Shown one piece after another: positions 11,867 through 26,348 of a stretch of 64,000 nt of DNA; within the stretch, counting starts at the first letter, position 1, and each line of letters starts with the position of its first letter. The stretch spans positions 96,100,001 through 96,164,000 of the forward strand of contig NC_042997.1 in NCBI RefSeq assembly GCF_006345805.1, in the 5' to 3' direction. The translations under genes and the position numbers were made by a program. This stretch comes from Octopus sinensis. Lineage: Eukaryota. The notes below the pieces were generated by a model, which was not told the DNA's origin, searched no databases, and saw only the letters and a list, made by a program, of their open reading frames with translations.

Positions 11867-11940
<74 letters not shown>

Positions 11941-11984
11941 ATATATGTATGTATGTATGTATGTATGCGGGTATGTATAATATA

Positions 11985-12025
<41 letters not shown>

Positions 12026-12039
12026 TATATATGCATAAT

Positions 12040-12073
<34 letters not shown>

Positions 12074-12083
12074 CTTTGTATAT

Positions 12084-13575
<1,492 letters not shown>

Positions 13576-13655
13576 ATATATATATATATGTGTGTGTGTG
13601 TATACATATATATCTATATGTATATACATAAATATATATATATATTATATATATA

Positions 13656-13695
<40 letters not shown>

Positions 13696-13720
13696 GTATA
13701 TACATACTTACATACATACA

Positions 13721-13760
<40 letters not shown>

Positions 13761-14390
13761 CATGAAATTTCCAAGTAAGCATGCACAAGAGAATTAAGTA
13801 TGAATTTGAATGGTTTATCGTATCGAAAACATTACTTATAAGTACTAAACCCAGTATTATAGTCTGATAAATGCTATTGATCTTGTACAATAATTTCGAG
13901 AAGCTCTATTCAAAGAGATTGTCACATAGAAAAGCGTAATTATATCTCGCTTTATAATATCTTTCTCTTTTGTCCTCAACAGTCTGTTTGAACAATTGAT
14001 ATGAAGCCACTAGCGTGTCACTGCTTTGTAGTTTTCTCATGAGCAGATTTTATAAATACATAAAAACAATGAGTCTTATCTAAAAGTAGTTTTGTACTGT
14101 TTCTCTAAACAAGGATTGTTAATGATGTTTATCACGAGGTTCGCTCAGATCATGTCAATATGTATTCAAAATCATCCCTTCGGGATCACGCCATTTTCTA
14201 ATATACTGTAGTCTATATTAAGTTTATATTGATGAAAATTAGGCATACTTTTCTATAAACTTTTAAAACTGGTGTATTTAATTACTCGAATGAAATCGTT
14301 CTTTCGCTGCCATGCCATGTCATTTGACATTATAAAATGACGGAAAGAATATTCGTTTCAAATTTTGAAACAAGACCAAACGACACATGT

Positions 14391-14830
14391 AATATTGATT
14401 TCAAAACTTTCGCAGAATCCAGCAATTTCGGAGAAGGGGCTAAGTCGGTTACATCGACCCCAATGCTCAGCCGGTTTCTCATTTTATCGAACCTGAAATC
14501 ATGAAAGGCGAGATCGACCTCATTGGCATTTGAACCCTGAATGTAAAGGCGAACGAAATGACGTTAAGCTTTTGCCCGGCGTGCTAACGATTCTGTCAGC
14601 TCACCACCTTAATGTCCCACATAATATTAGTTTCACATATTGACACAAAGACGATGGATAAGTCGATTCTATTGGGCCCCAGTTTTCAACAGGTACTTAT
14701 TTTATCAACCCTTAAAATATGAAAGGCAAACTCGACCTTGGTAGAATCGGAATTCAGAGAGTTAAGACGTACGAAAGCCCTCTAAGCATTTTGCCCGGCG
14801 TGCAGACGACCTGCCAATTCCCCACCTTAA
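14391..14830 (-). mobile_element. Two adjacent diverged OK-type SINEs (about 14391-14611 and 14625-14830)
   Basis: Each has ATGAAAGGC..G.TCGACCT...TTTGCCCGGCGTGC...C(T/C)CACCTTAAT. Confidence 0.75.
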
Positions 14831-16469
14831 TTATACACTACTGTTAACTTTTATACTGCAAAGGTCAGTCATCATCCGAGGAAGAAAATTGCCAGAGCTT
14901 CATGTTAATTCAAAGTCTGGATAGGTTACATGTACATAAAAACTAGATAAGTTCAACAAGTACGGTTTAAGAGAGCAATGTACCCCTTTGTATGATTAAA
15001 CATTCTAATTATTGTTTTTATTTAATTGCAACAAAATTCAGTAAATATATTCTCATAGTGCCGTCTATACCACTTCTGTACTTTTGTTCTAGTTTGGTAG
15101 AAACGCCATCCGGTCTCTAATGGTCCCTAAACTGAATAATAGCAAAAGATACTGCCACTGAATTTCTCTTGTCTTAGTGCTGGAAAGTTTCCAGCCACTG
15201 GAAGAATCATCTACCTTATCGCAAAATTTTAATGAATTTTTTCATCAAACTATCCTAATGTAAAATACTAAGAACAAAATCAATTCCTTGTTTTTGTGGA
15301 GAAATGCAAATGAAAGCTCTTCTTTTCCTGAATTTCTTTATTTTGCTTTCCGCTTTTCCTTGAACAGCAGAAAAATAAAAATAAACGAATAGCAGATCTC
15401 ACCACGCAACATACACCTCACTATTATGAAATATATCAACTTGTGGGCGATGGATTTGAGCTTTTGCAGTCACAATTTCATGGTTTCATAAACTGTGTTT
15501 TTACAAATATCGAACGACTAATTGGTACCGAAGGAAATTCGTTTCAATTACTTAACAAAACACAACTCTGGCTTTTGAACTATTAATGAATATACGTTGT
15601 TCGTTTGATTCATATTGATATGTAGTAAAACCATAACAACATGAAAGAAAGCAATTTCATGTCCAAGAAATACCACAGAATATTTTTCGTTGTCGATAAA
15701 AATAAAATGTCTTTGTCGGAGTTTGTAGATTATTTCTGTTCACTTTCAGTCTCATTCATTTTGCTGAAGTCTTTAGACATAAATCGCGGAGTAAAGGATT
15801 AATTCAGGCTATATGAAGGATTTAGGTAAATTGCATTAGCCGGTTGTCTGTTCCAGCTTCAGATAATGTGATGGCATCTAACTTACGAAATAGAAGCTGA
15901 GACATAACTTCACAATAATGGACAAGTATTCACAAGGGACAGGTCAAGTTTGGGTAATCTGTCTTCGGTTTAGTATTGGTGCTATATATATTATCCAACA
16001 AAAATTATTAACCTTTGAAATGGTATCATCATCTACCCTCAGGCTACTGGCACATCAAATATCATTCATTTACCTTTAGTTCTCTTACATTGATTCACAT
16101 TTACAAGACAAACATTCAGCTGACATGTTTAGAAGCCTAGATTTTGTATTAATCAAACAAAACGACTAATTTCACTCCCTCTAAAATACGGGGAATGCAC
16201 TCTTCTAATAATTTGCCGCTGCCTTGATGTTGGAAACGATTCAGAATTGTTTCAGAAGGCATTTGGATTGTGCCTCACATCTTATAGACTCTATTACAAG
16301 TTTATCGTGGATATGGCAAATGACTTATAAATATATTATTAAATTGAAACTGTGAACCTTAAGAAACCAATCAATTAATGCAGAAATAATTAATCGCACA
16401 CATACACACACATACACACGATACCACACATGTTTATGTATGCACAGAGAAGTATCGATATTTATTGAG

Positions 16470-16610
16470 TCGGTATTCCGCAGAGGTCGACTTTGCCTTT
16501 CAGCCTTTCGGAGTCGATAAATTAAGTACTTGTTGCGTACTGGGGTCGATCTAATCGACTGGCACCCTCCCCCAAAATTTCGGGCTTTGTTCCTAAAGTA
16601 GAAAAGAATA
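16470..16610 (+). mobile_element. OK-type SINE 3' half
   Basis: GAGGTCGACTTTGCCTTTCAGCCTTTCGGAGTCGATAAATTAAGTAC...GGGGTCGATCTAATCGAC. Confidence 0.75.
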
Positions 16611-19500
16611 TCTATTGAGCTGTTAATCGTTTGAGAATCAGTATTCTTGTGTTCCAATGACTGAATTGCCTGTTCCCGAATTAATGTTTCAGTCACTGAG
16701 AATTTCGTAGTCAGATGCACCCTTAACCTAATGATCTGGCATAATCAGCACGACACAGTGTCAGGCAAGGTTATACCTTCTTTTGGATGACAAGTGCAAA
16801 CCATCCGATGGGCCTCTATACAGCTTTCCCTCAATACAGGTCAGTCAGAACCTATAGGTCACATGCTACTTTTGAAAATAACATTTTCTCAAATTCCACA
16901 CTCTAAAATTCAACCTGGATTCTCGAGATTTCCAAGCAAACTTCACTATTCGACCAAACTGAACTTATAAGCATATATATTTAGGCATATATAAAGAACA
17001 GTCAAACAAGATCTATAGAGCACACGCATTATTTCGGAATCTACGATATATCTCCTTATCGCAACACAAATTCAATCATGCAGATAGTGGCATCACGTTT
17101 CACATTGCTACCCTTTTAAGTTTTGATGCAGCCATCGCACAAGTACCCAGCTGATCATAAGATGTGCATTATATCTAGCTAAGAATCATATTTTCATAAT
17201 ATAACTCAAAGAACTAAAAATAGAATAAATTTTTCCTCCTTTACGGGAGAAAAGAATAATTTTGTCATATCTGTAATTTTCCTATCGATAGATCCACAGA
17301 GTTATCTGAAAACAGCCAACATAGTAATAATTCTCCCCACTCTACACAACTGACATGTTAATTGATCATTTTTACAGACAACCTGTCACACACGCAAACC
17401 ACATACGAGAGTGTTAGTGTACGTCATTGCATATTCCGTCTTAAAAGTACACATGAAACTAGATCTGAACAAAGATAATCGATGAAAACTTTTAAGTAGG
17501 AAAATCATTCGCCCAATTTCATCTAAGTTAAGTCCAGTTTATGTTTTAATTTTATTGTAGCTTGAATAATTTTGTAACGTGAGAAACATACAGTTAGTAG
17601 TAACGGATAGAATCATCAACTCAAACGAATGGATACCGCTACATGTAATGAGTACAACGCATTCGTATCATATTATTTGTATGCATATTTATATGAAAGG
17701 CGGTTGGATCTGTCCAATGCAGTAGTGGTTACATTTTTTTATTGCTTACCAAACACTGACGCGTTTTATTGCTTTTATTTATAATTTATATTTTTTTATT
17801 TAATTTTTTAGAATTTTTTGTTACCGTTCTATAGTTGAAGATCAGAGGCGTCATCTAAGATATTATATCTGTCCAAACACAATTTTTATACTGCAGGTAG
17901 GAACCTTGAATCAGATTTTGCACATTTTAAAGAGGATACGGTGTGATCTGGGAGAGATATATCAACCATTTTAGCAGATCAAAATACTTCATACGAGCAA
18001 CTTCGAGGTATCCCAGCTAGTAAATCATTAATGTGAGGATGTGAAAAATATCCAAAGATCAAGAGTGAATCATATCTGAATTTGAATGAAACAGTGCTAG
18101 GAAAATGTGTAAACATTGGTATCCTCATTTCTTGAACAGATAATTCAGACGATTTCACAGTTCCTAAAGTTCTGTCGGAAGAAGTGAGAGAGCGTGTAAT
18201 GAACCACGTTGATCATATCTGTTGAAAACGTAGGAGAGGTGGTGGCATCATCGTGTACATATCTGGAGGATCTGCACACGACCACCACTCACTATTTATG
18301 TCTACTTCTGTTTCTGAACGAAGTTGTCCACATTAGAAATCAAGTATAAATCACTTCATGCTGAAGTGGAACTGGTTCAGCAGAAGTTTGGAGCACAAAG
18401 CATTTATTCGCACTCAGCCTCACGCAGGACTTCTATTTCATGTCCTCGCTCGTCTTACAGACTCCAGTAGTACTTTTGTCAGCTTGGTGAAGGCCCTCAT
18501 CAACCCATTATAATCTTTGACTACATTAATTACCTCTCATGGAGGATGCACCTCTGCTAGAGCCCTCTCTTTCCCAACCCTGAAAACGAAGCACTCTTTC
18601 TAAGAATCTTTGACTGACGATGAAGCGATGTGTAAGTTTGTATTCCCTCTCAGGTAAGATGCTTCATTACGAAAAATGAAAAACAAAAATATGATGGAAA
18701 AGTCAACATATGGCGCATGCAAAGGTGGAATACAATTGATTGATGCTTACATTTTATCAATAAATAGCCGGCATGCACTGTAGATATTATAATCAATTCG
18801 CCTCATGGGTTTTTTATTCTTTCTTCAAATAAATGCCATGCATATCATGCATCAGCCTGCCTTAGAAATGATTAATTACGCGTTTTATAAGCACTCAATA
18901 CAAACCACATAAGTAGCTAAGAAGTACCTTCGAGAGAATTCCAATTAGCATTCAACAAATGCATAGAGAAGAAGAAAGTTGTTGACGCGCTAAAGTTCAA
19001 CGACAGTAATCGTTGCAGTTATTTATATACATTTGAGTTATAGCATAGATGCAGAAATGCAGTTCTTTGACAATTCAAATGCCAATAACTAGATTTCTAG
19101 GAAATTCTAAAAATGGACATTTTCATTTCAGCGATAATAGCGAAATCAAGTAAAAGGAAAAAGTATACGTGAAATATATTTTCAATTATATATTTATTCA
19201 TTTATTGATTTTGTTTGAAATGGAAGAATGCAATTTTACTTGTGGTTTTATAAAAATAAATTGAGTATAGTGTATATATTGATCCGTATACAATTGGATT
19301 TTGAGTAAAGAATGTATTACTTATTCTGGATAGTTGCAATATATATTACATAAACTAAAGGGATATAAAATACAACCGCATATTTTTGTTTGTTTAGCTG
19401 TATTTTGTATTAAATAGTATATGTATTTCTATAGGAATTTTGTCTTAACTGAACAGTTAACCAGCGAGGTAACATGGCTTCCGTATTCCAAAGGCACCAA

Positions 19501-19761
19501 ATTATACTGAGTAGTTAAAATTGTTTATGGCTACAATTAAATTCATAAATTACATTAGTGATTTACAATTACGGAAAGTTTTACAATCAGTTTGCAACTT
19601 TTAACTAGTTACGATAATCTAGCAGAAATCTCGCTTTGCAATATAAGCGCAATTCTTGTTTGGAACATTCTACTTTATATATTTCATATATTCCACGCTC
19701 CAACGATCATCAGCAATAACCAATAGCCTAGAGAGGAATAAGTTTCACATGGTAGACTTTG
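19501..19761 (+). repeat. 261-bp AT-rich segment, inverted copy of 22893-23153
   Basis: Aligns to the reverse complement of 22893-23153 with 5 substitutions. Confidence 0.9.
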
Positions 19762-20118
19762 TACAATGTTCAACGCAAGGAAAATTTTCTTCGATGGTAA
19801 CCTGAAACTACATAAAATGATTAGAGTTACTTCCATTTACAGTCTTGCAAGGCTCTTTTGAGAGCAATATATTATTTATTCTTATAATGGCGTTGTGCTC
19901 TATCAAAGATCATACCAAATAATAACCCTGCTAAGATCAAAATATTAAATAGCTAAAACTGATTCGCGAAAGAACATCGATACAAACGTGTGTGATTTCT
20001 GGATGATTTTTCTATGTATTTCGAATTGCTTGTGTATGTTGATCAGCTAATATTACATCATCGTGTTTATTCCTTTGTGTATCCCTCAGTAAATAAAAAT
20101 AGGAAAGTACATATATAC

Positions 20119-20177
<59 letters not shown>

Positions 20178-20564
20178 CGTGCGTGTGTGTGTGCGGGCGT
20201 ATGTATATATATAATATATATATATATAATAAACAGCTGCAAAGTCGCTGACTGTTTTGGAGAATTTAATGCAATAGCTTCCTCAATGATGATCATATTT
20301 GTCGCAAACAATCGTCTAAAAAAAAATCGCCGAAAACAATCGCAGTAATAAAAACATACGGATCAAAAATTTCAGGATTGTGGATCGAGTTTCAGCCTGG
20401 AATGCTTTAAATTTACTCACAGAGTCAGCCTGATTCCAAAATGGTGCGATATGCTTGGCTACGGCCTCTAGGTGTAAAGCTGAAAAAATGTGACACACTG
20501 ACATATGCACAAATTATATTATATTATATTATATTATATTATATTATATTATATTATATTATAT

Positions 20565-20705
20565 TAAGGCGGCAAGCTGGCAGAATCATTACCACACTAG
20601 GCGACATGCTTAGCGGTCTTTCGTCCACCGTGAGGTTTTGATTTCGAATTCTGCCGAGGTCGATTTAGCCTTTCATCCTTCGGTGTCGATAAAATTAGTA
20701 ATAGT
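20565..20705 (+). mobile_element. OK-type SINE 5' part, preceded by an (ATATT)n array
   Basis: AAGGCGGCAAGCTGGCAGAATC...TTCGAATTCTGCCGAGGTCGATTTAGCCTTTCATCC. Confidence 0.75.
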
Positions 20706-21179
20706 AAGCCCTTACCCCTACACCCTGAGGCCATGGGCCTTCTGCAGAAATGATCTATTGAAGTTGAGAAAGTGTACTACACTGATATTCACATATATTT
20801 TATTAGATTTTTTTAATTTGGAGAAACTTTATTTCCATTATATTTATGTGTGTGTATGTGTGTATGCTTATATATGTGTGTGAGTGTATGTTAAAGAAAG
20901 CAAAAAATAAAACAAAAATGATAGTGTTCAGTAGGTGGTTCAATATGATGGCCACAGGAATTTCTGTCAAACAGACGTGGCTAAACAAAGTACAGATATA
21001 AAAAGTAAAGGAGTAAAAATGTTCATAGCAATCGCGCATGCGTGTATGCCCATACATACACAGGCGCGGACGGAAACCCATGTACATGTGCCTATATGGA
21101 TATGCTCAGCCACACTCGCTAGAAACACACACATGCGCACCCACGCACGCGCACAAAAAATATTCATATATACCTCTAA

Positions 21180-21475
21180 AACAGCACTTTTTTTCTGATA
21201 AAACCAAGAATGTATGCCTTGTAGAAAGCGACTTCTACACCACAGAATCATCAATAAATTCTCCAAGGCTATGCCACAAACCTTTAACGAAATTAATAAA
21301 GAAGCTAGCAGTATCGCCGCCAGATTTAAATTAGATAAGAAAAAATATATAGGTCCTTCCAAAAAAAACAGGCCTTTATAACTATCAAAGACCATAAAAA
21401 GAACTTCCTATCTAATCCTAAATGTAGGCGTATTAACCCAGCTAAATCAGAACTTGCCATTATTAGATATGAAAT
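21180..21475 (+). mobile_element. Penelope-like RT internal fragment
   Basis: NEINKEASSIAARFKLD...AFITIKDHKKNFLSNPKCRRINPAKSELAII, matching the AFITLKDHK...CRLINPAKSE block of Penelope-type RTs. Confidence 0.75.
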
Positions 21476-22094
21476 TTTAGGAAATATACACACTCATGAG
21501 CACTCACACACGCGCACAAAAAATTCATATACACGTCCATATACACACATGTGTGCGTATAATGGTGCACTACATTGAATGGATAAAGTTGAATTATCCC
21601 GCCGTCAGAGGTCGTTTCAAGTTGATAAAAGTAAAATATATAATTTCCATTTTCGTTAGTAGTTTATATGATATTAAGAAAGTTAGGTAATGAATAAATT
21701 ATTTTGAACAAAAATTTGGCAGTTAATAACAAATAAAAGTCCATAAAATGAGAATGCAATTTCAGTAGGCATTAGGGAGCCTATATCTTACTTGAAGCGT
21801 TTTCTCGTAATGCCTGACACAACTGCATTGAAGCTTTTTTCAATGGAAGTCATGTATGAAAAAGAAAAGCAAACATTTATATCAAACATACAAATAAAAT
21901 AATGGTATGTACAAAAATAAATGTCAGAGTATGGTTTGAGCGAACAGCGTGCATGAAGTAAGAAGGGTCATTGAAAGTAATGCACTATTAACAGCAACCA
22001 GAGAAATGAAGCAAAATATAAATATGCTTGCAGGAAGTCTGATTGCTAACGGTTACAGTTTGGCGTAGATGTGAAGAATGCAGTAGAGGAATAA

Positions 22095-24125
22095 CTACTG
22101 TAGGGCTGCTTTGTAGACGACATGTTTTGTTTTTCCTTCAGGGGCATAGATGAATAAGTTCTCTGGATGGCCAACCCTGGAACACCGACGTAGAACTGAC
22201 CTTATGAAAAGATGTTCGGAATTCCTATCCGACAACTTTCAGCGACCATTGCGAAGCTGAGTTTTTGAGAGTGAACTGAAATCTCTGCAAAGGGTACGGG
22301 CAGTCTGTTGGGGCTTAACGGAATTTTCGGAATGAAAACTATCGTGTTTGGGCTTCATTAATAGTCCATCATTTGTTTGACCGCAAGATGAGTTTCATTG
22401 CATAGTGTGAGTGCGATTAGATTGCGTAGGATGATGACAGAGCAACCGACTTATAAGTGAAGTTCATGGAGAGGGAGTCCTGGGAGATCTTGGGAGTTGA
22501 GAAATTCTTTTGGAAAGTGCGTGATCTGATCGAGATTGGTAAAGTTGTCAACTGATCTGTAACAAAGTTCTTGATAATGTAGCTAAGTCCTAGTTAAGTG
22601 TATTGACGGCTGCATTTGTAGGTGAAAGAACAGTCCTTTATTTCGTTGTAAGATTTGGGTAACCGTCAGAGCATAAGTTATCAGTGCTGGAGACAGTATG
22701 GCCAATGGTTGTAGTGTCAATGTATCCGTTGTCGCCGGACGTAATTTGTCTATTCCTGATTTTAAGGAGCACTGCCAAAATCTGGATTGTAGGCTGAGCA
22801 GTGTGTAGGAGTGACCTGATGTTGATGGTGAGTTGTTTTGATTGGACATGCGACCAAAGGCGGAAGCTTTAATTTCACCACCGGGTGTGCGGCAAAGTCT
22901 ACGATGTGAAACCTATTCCTCTCTAGGCTATTGGTTATTGCTGATGATCGTTGGAACGTGGAATATATGAAATATATAAAGTAGAATGTTCCAAACAAAA
23001 ATTGCGCTTATATTGCAAAGCAAGATTTCTGCTAGATTATCGTAACTAGTTAAAAGTTGCAAACTGATTGTAAAACTTTCCGTAATTGTAAATCACTAAT
23101 GTAATTTATGAATTTAATTGTAGCCATAAACAATTTTAACTACTCAGTATAATAGGCAGAGTTTGTCGAAAATCTCCTGCAAGAAGTAGAGTCACACTTC
23201 CGAAGATGGTGCTTTTCGATTTACGGTCTCTCATTGTGGTATCAAGTGCTTGTAGGGAACATTTATGGGACAAAGTTGCTTCATCCGAAACAATGTCATT
23301 TCGTTCAAGGAATGTACTATGTGGCACGTTGGGCTTTCTTGATGTGATACACCAAAAGGCAATTTTAAGGTTGAGTATGCTGTTCGTCCGCCGTCGAGAA
23401 AAGTCGAAGATATTACTGAGGAGGCAACAGCAATATCAAGGTCACCATTATGCCCAACCTTCGCAAGAAGATACAGGAGGAATGTTTTTCCAGTTCCACA
23501 GGGGGCGTGTAAGAAGATGCTGCTGCTAGAGTGTGTGTAGATATTTCCGAGGACGAAATTGCATGCGTCAGCTTGATCGGAATTCAGAAGGAGTTCGTTG
23601 TCAGCAATGTACTGCTTGAGTTTTTGGATTTTGCAAGATGTTTCTCTGAGAATGAGATGATCGGGACAGGCGTCTTCATTTCTTTCTGGAGTGTTGAGAG
23701 TACAACCGTCCAATCGTTGACCTCCAATTGCCATAACCAAGTTTTTCAAGTGAAGAAGGAATCCCATTGTGAATGTCAGGAATAGTGGGAGTGTCAATGC
23801 CACCTGTGTTTTGCCGATTGTGCAGTAAAATGTCATGGCACATTGAGTTTTTTATTTATTTATTTCAAAGTAAATGTGCATCTGTTAGGGTGCAGAAAAC
23901 CAGCATTATTGTAAAAAGTGACGGAGATTGTTCGAAGAATGATGCAAGGAGGCCTCTTCAAGTGCATTATCATATTGATAATCTGTATCCAAAAGTCCCG
24001 GTTTGGAGCAGGCATCTTTGAAAGTGCCGCATAAGTGGCCGTCCACTGTGCGAAGGTTGTCGAAGAAGGTTGTTCTCTAAATGCCATGTGGAACATACGT
24101 AATGTTTTTGCCAATCGTAAATGGC
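22095..24125 (-). mobile_element. Helitron Rep/PIF1-helicase pseudogene fragment, interrupted by a 261-bp insert at 22893-23153
   Basis: PTFFDNLRTVDGHLCGTFKDAC; FLHAPCGTGKTFLL (Walker A); DGGRTAYSTLKLP; DEATLSHK; LLLAGDFRQTLPII; EFLNSQDLPGLPLHELHL; CSRVGHPENLFIYAPEGKTKHVVYKAALQ*. Multiple frameshifts. Confidence 0.92.
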
Positions 24126-24128
24126 GTG

Positions 24129-24174
<46 letters not shown>

Positions 24175-24859
24175 ACACACATACGCACGCACGCACGCAC
24201 ACACCTTCCGTCTTGTATAGATTAAACAATTTATTCTTTACGATCTGTTTATGTGTGGGTCGGCTTTGCATGCCCTGTAATTAGTTATCTGTGCAACGCG
24301 ATACTAATTATCCACTGAATCCAAGGTATCAAATTTCAAGATACATTAGTATTTCAGTAAAACTTCGTTGTGTATGAAGAGCTGTTGTATCATATTTTTA
24401 AATTCAATAGATCAGTAGATAAATGTAGATGAATAAAATTGCAAAAAAAAATCTTTGTCGACGTAGATATAGTATAAGAAATATACTTTTCTATTCTTGC
24501 TCATATGTCCAACATTACATCCATTTTAAGTGCGGCAAACAGACATATTTTCCAGCTGATATATGATATTTTCCATCTTCCTTCATCGATAAGAGAACTT
24601 CAATATTTCAAGCTCATTATATTGATTGAGACAAATATGAAATCATCGTTTATTATGTATCTTACATCTATTAAAACAATATTTACGATTGCATTCTCTA
24701 ATTCAGTTGAGTTGTGACTGGATTAATGTATATTATGGGTGGATTAGCATAAATGGTGGATAACATCAAGTATGAAGAGAGAGAAATAGAGAGTTAATTC
24801 AAACATGAACAAACAAGAAAAAACAATAAAGCAAGGACGTGGAATAAGTACAGTGCTAT

Positions 24860-24990
24860 TGGACTTTCAGAAATGGAAAGAAACGGAAGAAGATTTCAAG
24901 TTTCGAGCGGAGCTCTTCGTCAGAAATATAGAAAAAGTCCAAAGAAGGGAAGACGGATATAAAACTCACCAACGATGCACACGTGGTATA
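24860..24990 (-). mobile_element. Penelope pLTR-like fragment with a degenerate minimal hammerhead (24893-24927)
   Basis: AUUU-CUGACGA-A-GAGC-UCC-GCUC-GAAAC-UUG-AAAU; the cleavage triplet is corrupted. Homologous to 30127-30240. Confidence 0.6.
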
Positions 24991-24991
24991 T

Positions 24992-25027
<36 letters not shown>

Positions 25028-26170
25028 ACAAACGTCCCAACCACATGGCTTCAGGTTCGGTTCCACTGCATCACAACTTGGGCAAGTGCCTTCTACTCTT
25101 GCTTCGGGCAAAGGAAACTTTTGTGAGAGAATTTGGAAGATGGAAGCCTCTCGTGTATATGTGCGTGCGTGTGCGTTGTGTGTGTGCGTGCGTGTGTGTG
25201 TGCGTGCGTGTGTGTGTAATTTTGGGGGTGCCTAATAGGTATATGTCATCTAGTGTGCTGAGTAAAGCACATTCATAGTTTCGGCTACCTGGTGTTATTC
25301 ACAGTTGGGATATATTTCCTTTGGGCCTACCTCAGAAATTGTTGGTTGAGATAATAATAGATGAATGAAAAGAACGGTAGATTTAGCATTAGTCTTCATT
25401 CAGTACGACGATCTTTTCGATCCATCCTGCAACTACCCGTTATGGAGAATACAACCCGTCAAAGAAAGATTACGTTTAGTTTAACAGGGAGGGGTGTGCA
25501 CTGTCAAAGTAAGATTACATCAAAATTTAGGGGTAGAAGTCTAAGCTCTTGGACATAAACATATACATACATGTACAGACTCTCCATATTTTATGACTGC
25601 ATGATTTTAGTAATATGCTATATATATGCATAGACAACTGTAGCTAGCTCCATTAGCCGATTATAAACGAAACAGAGCGGGCAAAAACAACATACATATT
25701 ATTAAAATTCAATAAATCTAGCGGGATACTCCCTTGTTTATATATGTACCTGATGTGAGATAAACTGCACAGATTGATTCAACACAATTAGATGCACAAT
25801 ACCTTACCCATAAATGACAGTCACAGGATGGGTCGAAACGATTGTGGTACTGAATGAAGACTAGTGCTAATTCTATCTTCCGTTTCCTTCATCAATTATT
25901 ATATGTGCGTTCGTGAGAGTGTGTATGTGTGCGCGTGTGTGTGTACATGTGTATCTTTGTGTCTGTGTTTTTCCACTGTCACTGATCTACGACCGATGTT
26001 GATGTTTTTTACGTCACGTAACCTAGCGGTTCGGCAAAACAGACCGATAAAATAAGTACAATGCTTAAACAAAGTTTTGCGGTTGATTTGTTTGACGAAA
26101 ATCCTTGAAGGTCGTCGCCCAGAAAAACTGCAGTCAAACCAGTAAAAGATAAAAAAATAGGTAAAAGAAA

Positions 26171-26348
26171 ATACAGGAGGGCAAGTTAATTCTAATTTTA
26201 TTCAACGTATTCCCCTCTCAGATTCACACACTTACTGCAGTGGTCCATCAGTTTCTCTAAGCCCTGTAAAAGAACTCAGAAGTTTGGGTCTCCTACCAGG
26301 GTTTTTACGACACCCTTAAAGCCAGTAACTTTTCAGTAACACCTCGTA
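26171..26348. mobile_element. Mariner-derived MITE fragment
   Basis: Homologous to 34586-34802; ends AAAGCCAGTAACTTTTCAGTAACACCTCGTA (mariner-type terminus with TA). Confidence 0.7.

Larger units (their letters stand above)
10561..11867. mobile_element. Hammerhead-bearing ~533-bp unit: tandem copies 10561-11093 and 11094-11584, plus an inverted partial copy 11585-11867 (Penelope pLTR or retrozyme-like)
   Basis: Copies differ only by small indels. The inverted copy mirrors 11223-11503 across an 81-bp spacer. The array is flanked by (TA)n. Confidence 0.85.

Noticed and set aside
10561-11867. Repeats as a CRISPR array or prokaryotic element
   Set aside because: No repeat-spacer structure and no cas genes; the context is eukaryotic.
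18612-18680. CTGACGA followed by an ATGAAGC/GCTTCAT hairpin and GAAA
   Set aside because: No stem I, stem III or cleavage triplet; treated as a chance hairpin.
22940-22980. CTGATGA-TCGTTGGAACGT-GGAAT in the 261-bp repeat as a hammerhead
   Set aside because: GAAA, the cleavage triplet and stem I do not match; too degenerate to call.
25795-25850. ACCCAT/ATGGGT stem plus GAAAC plus CACAAT/ATTGTG as a hammerhead relic
   Set aside because: The CUGANGA strand and GUH are absent. It may be a remnant but cannot be supported.
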